The notes beneath the pieces are model-generated. The model searched no databases. It had not been told where the DNA came from and worked only from the letters and a program-made list of their open reading frames with translations. 48,693 nucleotides of DNA, taken from contig JACIWI010000133.1 in NCBI GenBank assembly GCA_014361055.1, positions 1 through 48,693 of the forward strand, written 5' to 3'. Position 1 is the stretch's first letter. Each line of letters opens with the position of its first letter. This document shows, in pieces, positions 1 through 8,832 of the stretch. This stretch comes from Candidatus Bipolaricaulota bacterium. GTDB taxonomy: Bacteria; Bipolaricaulota; Bipolaricaulia; Bipolaricaulales; Bipolaricaulaceae. Made by a program: the position numbers and the translations under genes.

Positions 1-144
1 CGTCCATCTCTGAGCCGGGACGTCGTCGAACCGCGGGGATCGGAAGCTCTCCGCGTAGCCGGAGGCTCCGCGGCCCATTCCTATGTGGATTTCTAGCCGC
101 GGCGTTCCGAAGTTGTCCGCGTGGCCGAAGGCCCAGCGGGCCAT
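1..144 (-). CDS. 5' end of an unidentified ORF immediately downstream of the fumarase alpha gene (ATG at 144, frame open to window edge); product unknown, does not resemble fumarase beta
   Basis: ATG at 144 sits 1 nt after the fumarase alpha stop. The frame stays open to position 1 and reads MARWAFGHADNFGTPRLEIHIGMGRGASGYAESF. No recognisable family was found by eye. Confidence 0.25.
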   Translation of the reverse strand, partial: MARWAFGHADNFGTPRLEIHIGMGRGASGYAESFRSPRFDDVPAQRWT

Positions 145-996
145 TCATAGCACCTCTACCGTCCCATCGGGACGCACCCGAACCGTGGCGCGGCGGTGGG
201 CCCAGCACTGGACGACGATCCCCAGCGGGAGCGACGCGGGATGCCGGTGGGCGTACTCGGCGTGGACGGCCAACACGGTCGTCTTCCCTCCGAGCCCCAT
301 CGGACCCACCCCGGAGGCGTTGATCAGCTCCTCGAGCTCCGCCTCCAGGGCAGCAACTTGGGGCTCGGGATGGCGCTCCCCCACCGGGCGGAGGAGGGCC
401 ACCTTCCCGAGCTTGAGGGCGAGGTCGGCTCCACCGCCGATCCCCACCCCCACCACCGTGGGTGGACAGGGGAGGCCCCCGCATCCCACCACGTGTTCCA
501 CCACCGCTTCCTTCACCCCCCTGAGGCCCACCCCGGGAGGGAGCATCCGGAGGGCGCAGCAGTTCTCCGATCCCCCGCCCTTGGGAAGGACGTGGATCTC
601 TGCTTCGTTCCCATCCACCGGCTCCCAGGTGATGGCCGGTATGAGCCGGCCGGTGTTGTCCCCGGGGTTCCCTCCGGTGAGCGGGTGGACCGTGTTCGGC
701 CGCAGGGGCACCGCCTTCGTGGCCGCCCGCGCCGCCTCGGGAAGCGCCGCCCGCAACTCCGCAAGATGAGGGAACCCCACCCCGAACCGGACGAAAAACG
801 AGAGCGTGCCCGTGTCCTGGCAGATCGGGACCCGGCCCTCGCGGGCGATCCCGACGTTTCGGAGGATCGCCTCGAGCTGCACCCGGGCCGGGCCGGCCTC
901 CCGATCCCGGGCCCGCTCAAGCGCCCATACCACGTCCGGCGGTAGCTCCACGGCCGCCTTGGCCACCGCCGCGACCAGCGCCTCTATGAGCTTCAT
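145..996 (-). CDS. class I (Fe-S) fumarate hydratase / L(+)-tartrate dehydratase alpha subunit
   Basis: 283 aa carrying the ICQDTGT signature and the GGGSENCC and VGIGG motifs of the FumA/TtdA alpha family. The start overlaps the stop of the preceding oxidoreductase beta gene (993..996). Confidence 0.85.
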   Translation of the reverse strand: MKLIEALVAAVAKAAVELPPDVVWALERARDREAGPARVQLEAILRNVGIAREGRVPICQDTGTLSFFVRFGVGFPHLAELRAALPEAARAATKAVPLRPNTVHPLTGGNPGDNTGRLIPAITWEPVDGNEAEIHVLPKGGGSENCCALRMLPPGVGLRGVKEAVVEHVVGCGGLPCPPTVVGVGIGGGADLALKLGKVALLRPVGERHPEPQVAALEAELEELINASGVGPMGLGGKTTVLAVHAEYAHRHPASLPLGIVVQCWAHRRATVRVRPDGTVEVL

Positions 997-1856
997 CGCT
1001 TCCCTCCCAGTTCCCTGACCTTGGCCTCGTACATCTCGAGGTAGGTCGGCTTCTCCACGTCCACGAACTTCCCCACGAGGAAGTCGTGTCCAGGGACGAT
1101 CTCCGCCTCCTTGGGATCGGCGCCGTGGCGGATCAGGGCGTGCTTGGCGTAGTAGCGGAGCTCATCGAGCCCATCCCCGAGCTTGTTGCGCCGGCCGTAG
1201 TTGGTGGGGCAAGGCGACAGGATCTCCACAAACGTAAGCCCCTTCTTCCTCATCGCCTCCACCATCGCCCGCTGAAGTCGTCGACCGTCGAGGGTCGTCC
1301 ACCGGGCCACGTAGCTGGCCCCGGCTGAGGCGGCCAGGTGCACGAGGTTGAACGGGTGCTCGAAGTTCCCGTACGGGGTGGTGGTGGTCAAGCCCTCGAG
1401 CGGGGTCGTCGGCCCCACCTGCCCCCCGGTCATCCCGTAGTTGAAGTTGTTCACGCACAGGATGGTGAGATCCACGTTGCGCCGGGCGGCGTGGATGAAG
1501 TGATTGCCGCCAATGGCGAACAAGTCCCCATCCCCGGAGAACACGACCACGTGAAGATCGGGCTTGGCGAGTTTAAGCCCGGTGGCGAACGGGATCGCCC
1601 GGCCGTGGGTGGTGTGGTAGGAGTCCAGGCGCACGTAGCCGGCGATGCGCCCGGTGCAGCCGATCCCGGACACCACCGCCACCGAGTTCGGATCCCACCC
1701 CAGCTCATCGAGCGCGTACAGGAAGCACGACAGGGCAGAGCCCAGCCCGCAGCCGGCGCACCAGATGTGGGGAAGGCGGTCGGTGCGCAGGTACTTCTCC
1801 ATCGGGTGTCGCACCCCGGGCACCGCCTCGGGGATCGGCTTCGCCTTCACCGGCAT
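993..1856 (-). CDS. 2-oxoacid:ferredoxin oxidoreductase beta subunit (TPP-binding; KOR/POR/VOR-type, substrate not determinable)
   Basis: The listed ORF is extended at its N-terminus. The conserved protein begins MPVKAKP...HIWCAGCGLGS...GIGCTGR...SGDGD, which is residue 126 of the listed ORF, giving an ATG at 1856. That start overlaps the alpha-subunit stop by 10 nt. Confidence 0.88.
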   Translation of the reverse strand: MPVKAKPIPEAVPGVRHPMEKYLRTDRLPHIWCAGCGLGSALSCFLYALDELGWDPNSVAVVSGIGCTGRIAGYVRLDSYHTTHGRAIPFATGLKLAKPDLHVVVFSGDGDLFAIGGNHFIHAARRNVDLTILCVNNFNYGMTGGQVGPTTPLEGLTTTTPYGNFEHPFNLVHLAASAGASYVARWTTLDGRRLQRAMVEAMRKKGLTFVEILSPCPTNYGRRNKLGDGLDELRYYAKHALIRHGADPKEAEIVPGHDFLVGKFVDVEKPTYLEMYEAKVRELGGKR

Positions 1857-2998
1857 CGCTGCACCTCCTCGATCCCGGAGAGCACTTCCTCCGGGGTGTG
1901 GATCCGCCCCCCGGCGTGGTAGACCCCGATCACCGGGACCTTCCCCCGCACGACCCGCTCCACCTCCCGCGACATCTGCCCCAAGTTCAGCTCCACCACC
2001 ACGACCCCCCGGACCCGATCGGCCAGGGACCGCACCACAGGATCGGGGAACGGCCACGCCGTGATCAGGCGGAGCATGCCGGCCTTGATCCCCTGCTCGC
2101 GGGCCAGGGCCAACGCCCCATGGGCGACCCGGGCCGAGATCCCGTAGGAGACCACGGCGATCTCGGCGTCGTCGAGGTCGACCGCTTCGTAGACCGTGAA
2201 CTCGTCCCGAAAGCGCAGGATCTTGTCGCACAGGCGCCGCACCAGGCGGTCGTGGGCCTCGGCGGACATGTCCGGGTAGCCGCGCTCGTCGTGGGTGAGG
2301 CCGGTGACGTGGATCCGGTACCCTTCCCCGGCACAGGCCATGGGGGGCACGAGATCGGGATCGGGCTCAAAGGGGAGAAAGCGGTCCGGGGGCACCTGGG
2401 GCCGGCGGCGGGGGGCTTCCGGGACCTCCGCGGGGATCTCCACCCGCTCGTACATGTGCCCCACTACTTCGTCGGTCATGATCAGGACGGGAACCCGGAA
2501 CCGCTCGGAGAGGGCAAACGCCCGCACGGTGAGGTCGAACGCCTCTTGGGGGGAGGCGGGACAGAGGGCGATGATCTCGTAGTGGCCGTGGGACCCCCAG
2601 CGGGCCTGCATCATGTCCCCTTGGCCCACCGCGGTGGGGAGGCCGGTCGAGGGGGCGCCCCGCTGCACGTCCACCACCACGCACGGGGTCTCCGTCATCA
2701 CCGCGAGGCCAATGTTCTCCATCATCAGGGAGAACCCAGGACCGGAGGTGGCCGTCATCGCCTTGGCCCCGCCCCACGCCGCCCCGACCACCGCCGCCAT
2801 CGCCCCTAGCTCGTCCTCCATTTGGATGAACATCCCCCCCACCCGGGGCAGCCGCCACGCCAACCTTTCAGCGATCTCCGACTGAGGGGTGATCGGGTAG
2901 GCCGCGAAGAACCGGCACCCGGCGGCGATCGCCCCCTCGGCGATGGCCTCGTCGCCGTTCATGAAGTGCACGCCGGAGAGGATCGCCTTACCTGGCAC
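1847..2998 (-). CDS. 2-oxoacid:ferredoxin oxidoreductase alpha subunit
   Basis: 383 aa with GDEAIAEGAIAAGCRFFAAYPITPQSEI and TATSGPGFSLM, the typical KorA/PorA N-terminal domain. Confidence 0.88.
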   Translation of the reverse strand: MPGKAILSGVHFMNGDEAIAEGAIAAGCRFFAAYPITPQSEIAERLAWRLPRVGGMFIQMEDELGAMAAVVGAAWGGAKAMTATSGPGFSLMMENIGLAVMTETPCVVVDVQRGAPSTGLPTAVGQGDMMQARWGSHGHYEIIALCPASPQEAFDLTVRAFALSERFRVPVLIMTDEVVGHMYERVEIPAEVPEAPRRRPQVPPDRFLPFEPDPDLVPPMACAGEGYRIHVTGLTHDERGYPDMSAEAHDRLVRRLCDKILRFRDEFTVYEAVDLDDAEIAVVSYGISARVAHGALALAREQGIKAGMLRLITAWPFPDPVVRSLADRVRGVVVVELNLGQMSREVERVVRGKVPVIGVYHAGGRIHTPEEVLSGIEEVQRCR

Positions 2999-3314
2999 CG
3001 TTACCGCCTTCCCCGGTTGGGCGTCCGTCGTCGGGGTTCATCCCCGACGCCAACTTGCCTGTCTCGCCTTTCTCCGTCCAGATGGCGAAATCCGGGCAGA
3101 TGAGCTCGCAAAACCCGCACATCACGCACGCCCCGGCGTCGACCACCTCGGGGGGGTGGTATCCTTTCGCGTTGTAGTGATCAGCCTGGACGAGCACCTT
3201 CCGGGGGCAGAACTCGATGCAGAACCCGCACCCTTTGCATACGTCCTCCAGGACGTACACGTGGCCCTTGGGCACCCGCCACCGCTTCGCCACCGCCTTC
3301 TCGTCCACGATCAT
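2988..3314 (-). CDS. 2x[4Fe-4S] ferredoxin, delta subunit of 2-oxoacid:ferredoxin oxidoreductase
   Basis: The true start is the M of MIVDEKAV (residue 54 of the listed ORF), an ATG at 3314. It overlaps the upstream TGA in an ATGA arrangement. Two CxxCxxCxxxCP motifs are present. Confidence 0.75.
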   Translation of the reverse strand: MIVDEKAVAKRWRVPKGHVYVLEDVCKGCGFCIEFCPRKVLVQADHYNAKGYHPPEVVDAGACVMCGFCELICPDFAIWTEKGETGKLASGMNPDDGRPTGEGGNGAR

Positions 3315-4966
3315 AGGAGGTCCACCATCCGTGCCAGGACCCGCTCGCCGCGGTAATCGGGCAGGAGCAGCGGCGCCCGCCGCTCCTTGGGGACCGCCGC
3401 CGCCTTGAGTTGTTCCACGTACCGCTTGACGTGGGCCAGGGTCAGGCGGCCCACGCGGGCATCCTTGGCCCAAGCTGCGGCAGCGAGCCCAGCCCGGCGA
3501 CCGAACACGTTGTAGTCAAGAAGCGAGTTCCCCATCAGCCGATTCTTGCCGTGGACGCCACCCTCCACCTCCCCCCCGGCGAACAGGCCCGGGATCCCTG
3601 TCCACCCGTTTTCGTCGATCGCCACCCCCCCGTTCTGGTAGTGGAGGCTAGGGTAGACGAGGATCGGCTCGCGGGTGGGATCGATGTCGAACCGCACGTA
3701 CATCCGCCAGATCGAGGAAAGGGCCCGCTGGAACGTGCCCTTGCCGTGGATCATATCCACCATCGGCGTGTCCAGCCACACCCCGACCATGCCGGTGGGG
3801 GTCACCACCCCCCGGCCCCGCCCACCTTGCTCCAGGGGCATGCACTCCCGGATGAACGCCGCCGACTCCACGTCCCGCGGCTCAAGCGGGTGCACGAAGA
3901 GCTCCCCATCCCTGTTCACTGGCTGGGCGTCCAAACCGCGCACCTTCTCGGTGATGAGCAGGCCCACGAGCTGCTCCGGATACGCCGCCCCAGTCGGGTG
4001 GTACTGTACGGAATCCAGGTCGCGCAGCTTGGCTCCCACCCGGTACGCGAGCACCAGGCCATCGGCGGTCGCCCCGTAGTGGTTGGTGGTGGGGAAGCCC
4101 TGGATGTGCAGGCGCCCCCAACCGCCGGTGGCGAGCACGGTGGCCTTGGCCCGCACGATCAGGTACTCCTCCGTCTCCAGGTTCCACAGCACCGCTCCGG
4201 CCACCTGGCCGTGGACATCGGTGAGGAGCTCCACCGCCGGGGAGAACTCGAGCACGGGGATCCCCCGGCTCCTCGCCTCGTCCCGCAGCACCCGCATGAT
4301 CTCCATCCCCGTGTAGTCCTTGGCCGAGTGCATGCGCTTTCGAGACGTGCCCCCGCCGTGGATGGTGATCATCGTCCCATCGGGACCTTTGTCGTACATC
4401 ACCCCGAGCGCCTCATGCCAGCGGATGATCATCGGGCCGTCCTGGACCAGGGCTCGTACCAGCTTGGGATCGCCCGCGAAGTGCCCCCCGCCGATCACGT
4501 CCAAGTAGTGGATGGCCGGGGAGTCGTGGGGCTTGTCCGCGGCCTGGATGCCCCCTTGGGCCATCATCGAGTTGGAGTCCCCATGGCGGAGCTTGGTGGC
4601 GATGAGGATGCGGTCGGCGGGGATGCCGGCTTCGCACGCCCACAGCGCGGCCACCGTTCCCGCCCCGCCGCCCCCGATCACGAGCACGTCCACGTCGTAG
4701 TCCACCTTGCTTAGGTCCACCTCCCGTGGGTCGAGGAGGGGGTAGGCCTCGAGGAGGTCGGCCACCTCATGGGGCACGAGCTCCCCCTGCGACGGCCCCA
4801 CTTGGAGCGGGCGCTTGCCGCCTTCCTTGTAGTCGGGGTGGAATCCCCTGAGGAGTGCCTCCTGCTCGGCCAGGGAAAGGCGGGGGAACCGCGCTTTCAT
4901 GCGTTGGGGGCGCGTTGCTTCCACCTGCACGATCGATTCCTGCATCTCCTTTGGATACGTGGCCAC
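3311..4966 (-). CDS. fumarate reductase / succinate dehydrogenase flavoprotein subunit with non-covalent FAD (soluble FrdA/TfrA-like)
   Basis: 551 aa. FAD-binding VLVIGGGGAG follows an N-terminal extension of about 90 aa. The active-site region reads DSNSMMAQGGIQAA, so the His that carries covalent FAD in SdhA (RSHTVAAQGG) is replaced by Asn. GTG start preceded by GAGGAGGG. Confidence 0.85.
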   Translation of the reverse strand: MATYPKEMQESIVQVEATRPQRMKARFPRLSLAEQEALLRGFHPDYKEGGKRPLQVGPSQGELVPHEVADLLEAYPLLDPREVDLSKVDYDVDVLVIGGGGAGTVAALWACEAGIPADRILIATKLRHGDSNSMMAQGGIQAADKPHDSPAIHYLDVIGGGHFAGDPKLVRALVQDGPMIIRWHEALGVMYDKGPDGTMITIHGGGTSRKRMHSAKDYTGMEIMRVLRDEARSRGIPVLEFSPAVELLTDVHGQVAGAVLWNLETEEYLIVRAKATVLATGGWGRLHIQGFPTTNHYGATADGLVLAYRVGAKLRDLDSVQYHPTGAAYPEQLVGLLITEKVRGLDAQPVNRDGELFVHPLEPRDVESAAFIRECMPLEQGGRGRGVVTPTGMVGVWLDTPMVDMIHGKGTFQRALSSIWRMYVRFDIDPTREPILVYPSLHYQNGGVAIDENGWTGIPGLFAGGEVEGGVHGKNRLMGNSLLDYNVFGRRAGLAAAAWAKDARVGRLTLAHVKRYVEQLKAAAVPKERRAPLLLPDYRGERVLARMVDLL

Positions 4967-4977
4967 CTGTTCCCTCC

Positions 4978-5661
4978 TCAGGGCTCGATGTCCCGGGCCT
5001 GGTACGCCTTGGCCAACTCGTCCTTGCCCATGCCCATCAGCCGGTCCAGCTCAGCGTCGAAGGCCCCGGACTCCACCTCGGCCACCCGCCGGGCCAGGTG
5101 CTGGGCGCGGGGGGTGAGGTAGGCCCCGCAGAGGCGCCGGGCGAGCTGCCACACGTGGTAGTGGGCGATCTCCGCCGGACAGCGCATGGCACACAGGCCG
5201 CACTGGACGCAGTCGAAGGTGAGCTCGGCCACCTGCCGGATATCCCCCCGCAGGGCGGCCTGGACGGCGTCCATCACCTCCAGCTTCTGGGGGCAGGATC
5301 TGGTGCACGTGTTGCAGGCCACGCACCGCGCCAGCTCCGGGTACAGGGCGAGGAGCGCTTCCCCCCGGGGGGCGACCTGGGACAGCTGGTAGTCGGCCCG
5401 CTCGGCCGGGGTGGACGGCAGTTGAGCGATGTACATGCCGTCCTGGACCGTGGTCTGGCAAGCGAGATCGGCGTAGAGGCGGTAATCCCCGGGCAGACGG
5501 TACACGGTGGCGCAGGCCCCGCAGTAGCCGCCGCGGCACCCACAGCCCCGTACCAGGCGGTACCCAGCGTACTCCATGGCCTTCATGATCGTGAGGCCCT
5601 CGGGCACGCGGTACCCCTTGCCCATAATGTACACGGTGAGCATCCCTTGATCTCTGGTCAT
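4978..5661 (-). CDS. fumarate reductase / succinate dehydrogenase iron-sulfur subunit (FrdB/SdhB-like)
   Basis: 2Fe-2S motif CGCRGGYCGACA, then CVACNTCTRSCP and CVQCGLCAMRCP. The start is taken at MTRDQGMLTVY, an ATG at 5661 with a GAGGUGA Shine-Dalgarno, 4 nt after the HdrB-like stop. Confidence 0.8.
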   Translation of the reverse strand: MTRDQGMLTVYIMGKGYRVPEGLTIMKAMEYAGYRLVRGCGCRGGYCGACATVYRLPGDYRLYADLACQTTVQDGMYIAQLPSTPAERADYQLSQVAPRGEALLALYPELARCVACNTCTRSCPQKLEVMDAVQAALRGDIRQVAELTFDCVQCGLCAMRCPAEIAHYHVWQLARRLCGAYLTPRAQHLARRVAEVESGAFDAELDRLMGMGKDELAKAYQARDIEP

Positions 5662-5665
5662 CCCC

Positions 5666-6529
5666 TCACCTCTGTTGCGCACCGGCGGCCGCCGGGGTGG
5701 TCCCCTGGATCAGGGCCTCCGCCTCGGGCGGGAGGCAGGCGTCCGCCCCTAGGGCCCACGCCAGGAGCTGGCCCAGGTACGCGACGGGCAGCCGCGGCCC
5801 AATCCCCGGCCGGCGCGCCTCCAGGTTGAACTGACAGAGCGGACAACTGGTGACGATCAGGTCCGCCCCATTGGCCGCGGCGGAGGCGACGATGTCCCTC
5901 ACCCGCCCCGCCACGATCGCCGGCGCCCCCACCGTCAAGTACGCCCCGCAGCACTCCACCTTGTACGGGAACTCGGCGACCTCCGCCCCCAGGGCCGAGA
6001 GCACCCGCTCGAAGACCTCCGGCTGGTCGGGGTTGTCCACCCCTACCTCCCGCGGCCGCACCAGGGTACACCCGTAGTACGGCGCGGCCCGTACCCCCGT
6101 GAGGGGGCGGACCACCTTGGATGCCAGGTTTTCGTATCCCACCACGTCCCGTAGGAGCCCAAGGAGGTGGAGCACCTCCACCCCGCCGCGGTAGTCGTGC
6201 TCGTCGCTCATGAACGCGTTGATCCGCGAGAGCCGCTCCGGGTCGGCGGCCACGAACCGGGCCGACCGCCTGAGCGTCCCGTAGCACATCGCGCATAGGG
6301 TGAGGACCCGGTCCTCGCCCATGTCCTGGACGCGGATCAGGTTCCGTACCGGGCCCACGTGGCGCATCAGGTCATCGTTGGCCAGGGAGTACACGGTGCC
6401 GCAGCAGTTCCAACGGGGGAGCTCGACGAGCTCGCAGCCGAGGGCGGCGAGCGCGGCCTGGGCGGCCCGCTCGTAGTCTCGGGCCTGATCCTTCATCGCG
6501 CAGCCGGGGAAGTAAGGGATCCTCTTCAT
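5666..6529 (-). CDS. HdrB-like protein with two CCG (Cys-rich) domains (heterodisulfide reductase B / SdhE / TfrB C-terminal-like)
   Basis: The true start is MKRIPYFPGCAMKDQ, an ATG at 6529 that overlaps the HdrC-like stop as ATGA. Two CCG domains are present: C..PRWNCCGT and ...YKVECCGAY...SCPLCQ. Confidence 0.8.
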   Translation of the reverse strand: MKRIPYFPGCAMKDQARDYERAAQAALAALGCELVELPRWNCCGTVYSLANDDLMRHVGPVRNLIRVQDMGEDRVLTLCAMCYGTLRRSARFVAADPERLSRINAFMSDEHDYRGGVEVLHLLGLLRDVVGYENLASKVVRPLTGVRAAPYYGCTLVRPREVGVDNPDQPEVFERVLSALGAEVAEFPYKVECCGAYLTVGAPAIVAGRVRDIVASAAANGADLIVTSCPLCQFNLEARRPGIGPRLPVAYLGQLLAWALGADACLPPEAEALIQGTTPAAAGAQQR

Positions 6530-6921
6530 GGGGTCAGTTTCCTGTACGCCCCCACCAGGGCGATCTGGGGGACCCCCGCCGTCGCCCTTGGGTCGAGGTG
6601 CGGCAGGCCGCGGCGCAGGGCCAGGAGCCGCAGCGCCTCCATGACCCGGGCCACGTCCACCCCCTTCGGGCACCGCACCGCGCACGCCAGGCAAGAGGCG
6701 CACGCCCACGGGGCGGAGGCGGCGAGCACCGACTCATCCCCAAGCTGGACCCGGCGCAGCACCTGGTTGGGGAGGGCGTCCATGTGCTCGGTGAACAGGC
6801 ACCCTGCGGCGCACTTGCCGCACTGGTAGCAAGCGGACAGGTTCTGGCCGGACAGCTCCTCCACCTTGCCCACGAACGGGGCGGCGAGTGCCTCCCGGGA
6901 AAGCCTCAGCCCATCAGCCAT
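6526..6921 (-). CDS. HdrC-like 2x[4Fe-4S] ferredoxin-type subunit
   Basis: 131 aa with CYQCGKCAAGC and CASCLACAVRCP. ATG at 6921 preceded by GAGGUGA. Confidence 0.75.
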   Translation of the reverse strand: MADGLRLSREALAAPFVGKVEELSGQNLSACYQCGKCAAGCLFTEHMDALPNQVLRRVQLGDESVLAASAPWACASCLACAVRCPKGVDVARVMEALRLLALRRGLPHLDPRATAGVPQIALVGAYRKLTP

Positions 6922-7379
6922 CGTCTCACCTCTGCCACTGCGCGGGGTACCGCCCGGCGGACCTCCGGAGACAAGCCGCGCCGGAACGGGGGATCCGGGG
7001 GTATCCCGATCCCCAGCGCCCAGGCCTCGGGGATGTCCAGGCCCGCGGCGCGCAGGGCGGCCAGGGCCTGTGTGAGGCCCAGGCCGTGCGGCCAGCCGAC
7101 CCCTAATCCTCCCCCCTCACGGGGGGGTTCCCTCCTCCCCCTCCCCCCTCTGTGGGAAAGGGCCGGGGTGAGGGGGAACAGGGCCACCTCCCCCACCGGC
7201 AGGAACGGGGCCGCATCCACAATCAGCGCCCGCGGGAACCCCACCAGGGCGTGGGCCAGGGGGAGGCCCCCCTTGATCGCCTCCCACACCTCCGCCTCCG
7301 GGCACGGCCCGAGCTCCCGGATCACCGCCGGGCCAACGCCGTCGTCGCCCCGGTCGGGGTTGCCCAGGGCCACCACCAC
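6906..7379 (-). CDS. [NiFe] hydrogenase maturation endopeptidase (HycI/HoxW/FrhD family)
   Basis: Carries the ALGNPDRGDDGVGPAV motif. The start is probably the GTG at 7379, 1 nt after the large-subunit stop; the alternative ATGs at 7418 and 7421 would overlap the large subunit by about 40 nt. A Gly/Arg/Pro-rich insertion is also present. Confidence 0.7.
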   Translation of the reverse strand: MVVALGNPDRGDDGVGPAVIRELGPCPEAEVWEAIKGGLPLAHALVGFPRALIVDAAPFLPVGEVALFPLTPALSHRGGRGRREPPREGGGLGVGWPHGLGLTQALAALRAAGLDIPEAWALGIGIPPDPPFRRGLSPEVRRAVPRAVAEVRRWLMG

Positions 7380-7380
7380 C

Positions 7381-8832
7381 CTAGCGCGCGATCCTATGCT
7401 TTGGGTTTCCGTCCGCATCATAAATCTCCACCACGAGGGGCGTGTCCCCGGGCAGGAAGTGGGTGGCGCAGGCCAGGCACGGGTCGTAGGCTCGGAACGC
7501 CATCTCCACCCGGTTGAGGAGCTCCTGGTCCAAGTTGCCTTGCCGGACCACCGCCTCCGCCATCTGCTTCACCGAGAGCCCGATCCCGGCGGCGTTGTGG
7601 GTGGTGGCCACGATCAGGTTCACCCACTCCACCAATCCTTCCTCGTTCAGACGGTAATGGTGGAACAGGGTCCCTCGGGCCGCCTCCACGGCGCCGATCC
7701 CCTCCCCGGGCTGACCGAGTCTGCCCCGCACGTCCGCCCCGGTGAGCCCCTCGTCCTGGGCCAGGGCGGCGGCGGCCTCCGCCGCCTGGACCATCTCCGC
7801 GAGGCGCGCCCAGTGGTAGGCGAACGTGGCGTGCACCGGCCGCTCCCCGAAGAAATCGAGGAACCGCTCGAACTCCTCCTGGGCAAGCGGAGTGGCCATC
7901 CGCTCGGCCACATTCAGCCGGGCCAGCGGTCCCACCCGGTAGATCCCTGATCGGGAGCCGCCTTCAAACCCAGACCAGCCGATGTCCTTGAGGTACGGGA
8001 ACTTCACGTACGTCCAGGGCTCGGCGCGCTCGGCGATCCGGGCCATGGCGCCCACGGGGTCGAGTTGAAACAGCTCGTCCCCGTCCGCAGAAACCGCGCG
8101 GACCTTCCCGTGGTAGAAGTTCGGGGCGCCCTCCTCGTCCACCGTCCCCAGGTAGTGGGTGGGAAGGCGGGTCTCTTCCGCCAGGAGCAGGCTTTGGAGC
8201 TCCGGATCCGGCAGCATCTCCTCGTGGAAGAACGCCACCATCCGCTGGCTCAGTTTCACCATCACCTGTGCATGGCCCTGGATCTCCTCCTGGTCCTTCT
8301 TCGCAAGTGGCTTGGCTACCCCCCCGGGCAGGGCGAACACGGGGTGGATGGCCTTCCCCCCGATCAGCTCGAGGACCCGCTGGGCGCGGGCCCGTACCGT
8401 GACCACCTCTTTCCCCAGCTCGGGCCACGCCTGGAGCACCCCGACCACGTTGCGCTCCGACTTCGGGGTGTCCTTGGGGAGGAGCAAATCGGGCCCGCCG
8501 AGGAACACGAGGTGGAGGAGGTGATCGGAGAAGATGTAGGTGTTGTAGAAGAGCTCCCGTTGGAGGCGGGCCGCCCGCGGGACCTCCGCTCCGTACGCGG
8601 CGTCGAGGGCCTTGGCGGAGGCGAGATGATGGGCCTCTGGGCACACCCCGCAGATGCGCTCGGTGATCTGGGGCATCTCCTCGGCCCGACGGCCGCGGCA
8701 GAACCGCTCGAACCCCCGCAGCTCCGGCACCTGGAGCACCGCCCCCTTGAGGCCTCCCTCCTCGTCCAGGTAGAGGAGGATCTTCCCATGCCCCTCCAGG
8801 CGCGTGATGGGGTCGATGGCGATCTTCTTCAC
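7381..8832 (-). CDS. mvhA: [NiFe] hydrogenase large subunit, group 3 (MvhA-like)
   Basis: The listed ORF is N-extended. The conserved start is VKKIAIDPITRLEGHG, a GTG at 8832 with an AGGGAGAGGGGGG Shine-Dalgarno that overlaps the small-subunit stop. N-terminal RICGVC and C-terminal DPCLACATH Ni-binding motifs are present. Confidence 0.9.
   Translation of the reverse strand: MKKIAIDPITRLEGHGKILLYLDEEGGLKGAVLQVPELRGFERFCRGRRAEEMPQITERICGVCPEAHHLASAKALDAAYGAEVPRAARLQRELFYNTYIFSDHLLHLVFLGGPDLLLPKDTPKSERNVVGVLQAWPELGKEVVTVRARAQRVLELIGGKAIHPVFALPGGVAKPLAKKDQEEIQGHAQVMVKLSQRMVAFFHEEMLPDPELQSLLLAEETRLPTHYLGTVDEEGAPNFYHGKVRAVSADGDELFQLDPVGAMARIAERAEPWTYVKFPYLKDIGWSGFEGGSRSGIYRVGPLARLNVAERMATPLAQEEFERFLDFFGERPVHATFAYHWARLAEMVQAAEAAAALAQDEGLTGADVRGRLGQPGEGIGAVEAARGTLFHHYRLNEEGLVEWVNLIVATTHNAAGIGLSVKQMAEAVVRQGNLDQELLNRVEMAFRAYDPCLACATHFLPGDTPLVVEIYDADGNPKHRIAR

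Noticed and set aside
1-144. Expected fumarase beta subunit downstream of the alpha subunit
   Set aside because: The translation of the only open frame does not resemble FumB/TtdB (no AGD-V-x-L-x-G-x-IYTARDAAH motif). It is kept only as an unidentified partial ORF.
83-945. Long plus-strand ORFs (83..769, 196..945) opposite the fumarase gene
   Set aside because: They have the Arg/Pro/Gly/Ala-rich composition typical of antisense frames in GC-rich DNA, overlap a well-conserved gene and carry no recognisable motifs.
993-2231. N-terminal extensions of listed ORFs (2231 for the oxidoreductase beta, 9237 for mvhA, 6709 for the HdrB-like, 3473 for the ferredoxin, 24262 for rsmH, 38674 for the Zn-ribbon protein, 12405 for hdrA)
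   Set aside because: The conserved protein sequence begins well downstream of the first in-frame start. The extensions are low-complexity and overlap the upstream genes, so internal starts with Shine-Dalgarno-like sequences or ATGA stop-start overlaps were used instead.
3410-4714. 434-aa plus-strand ORF antisense to the fumarate reductase flavoprotein gene
   Set aside because: Low-complexity His/Pro/Arg/Gly-rich translation. The opposite strand encodes a strongly conserved flavoprotein.
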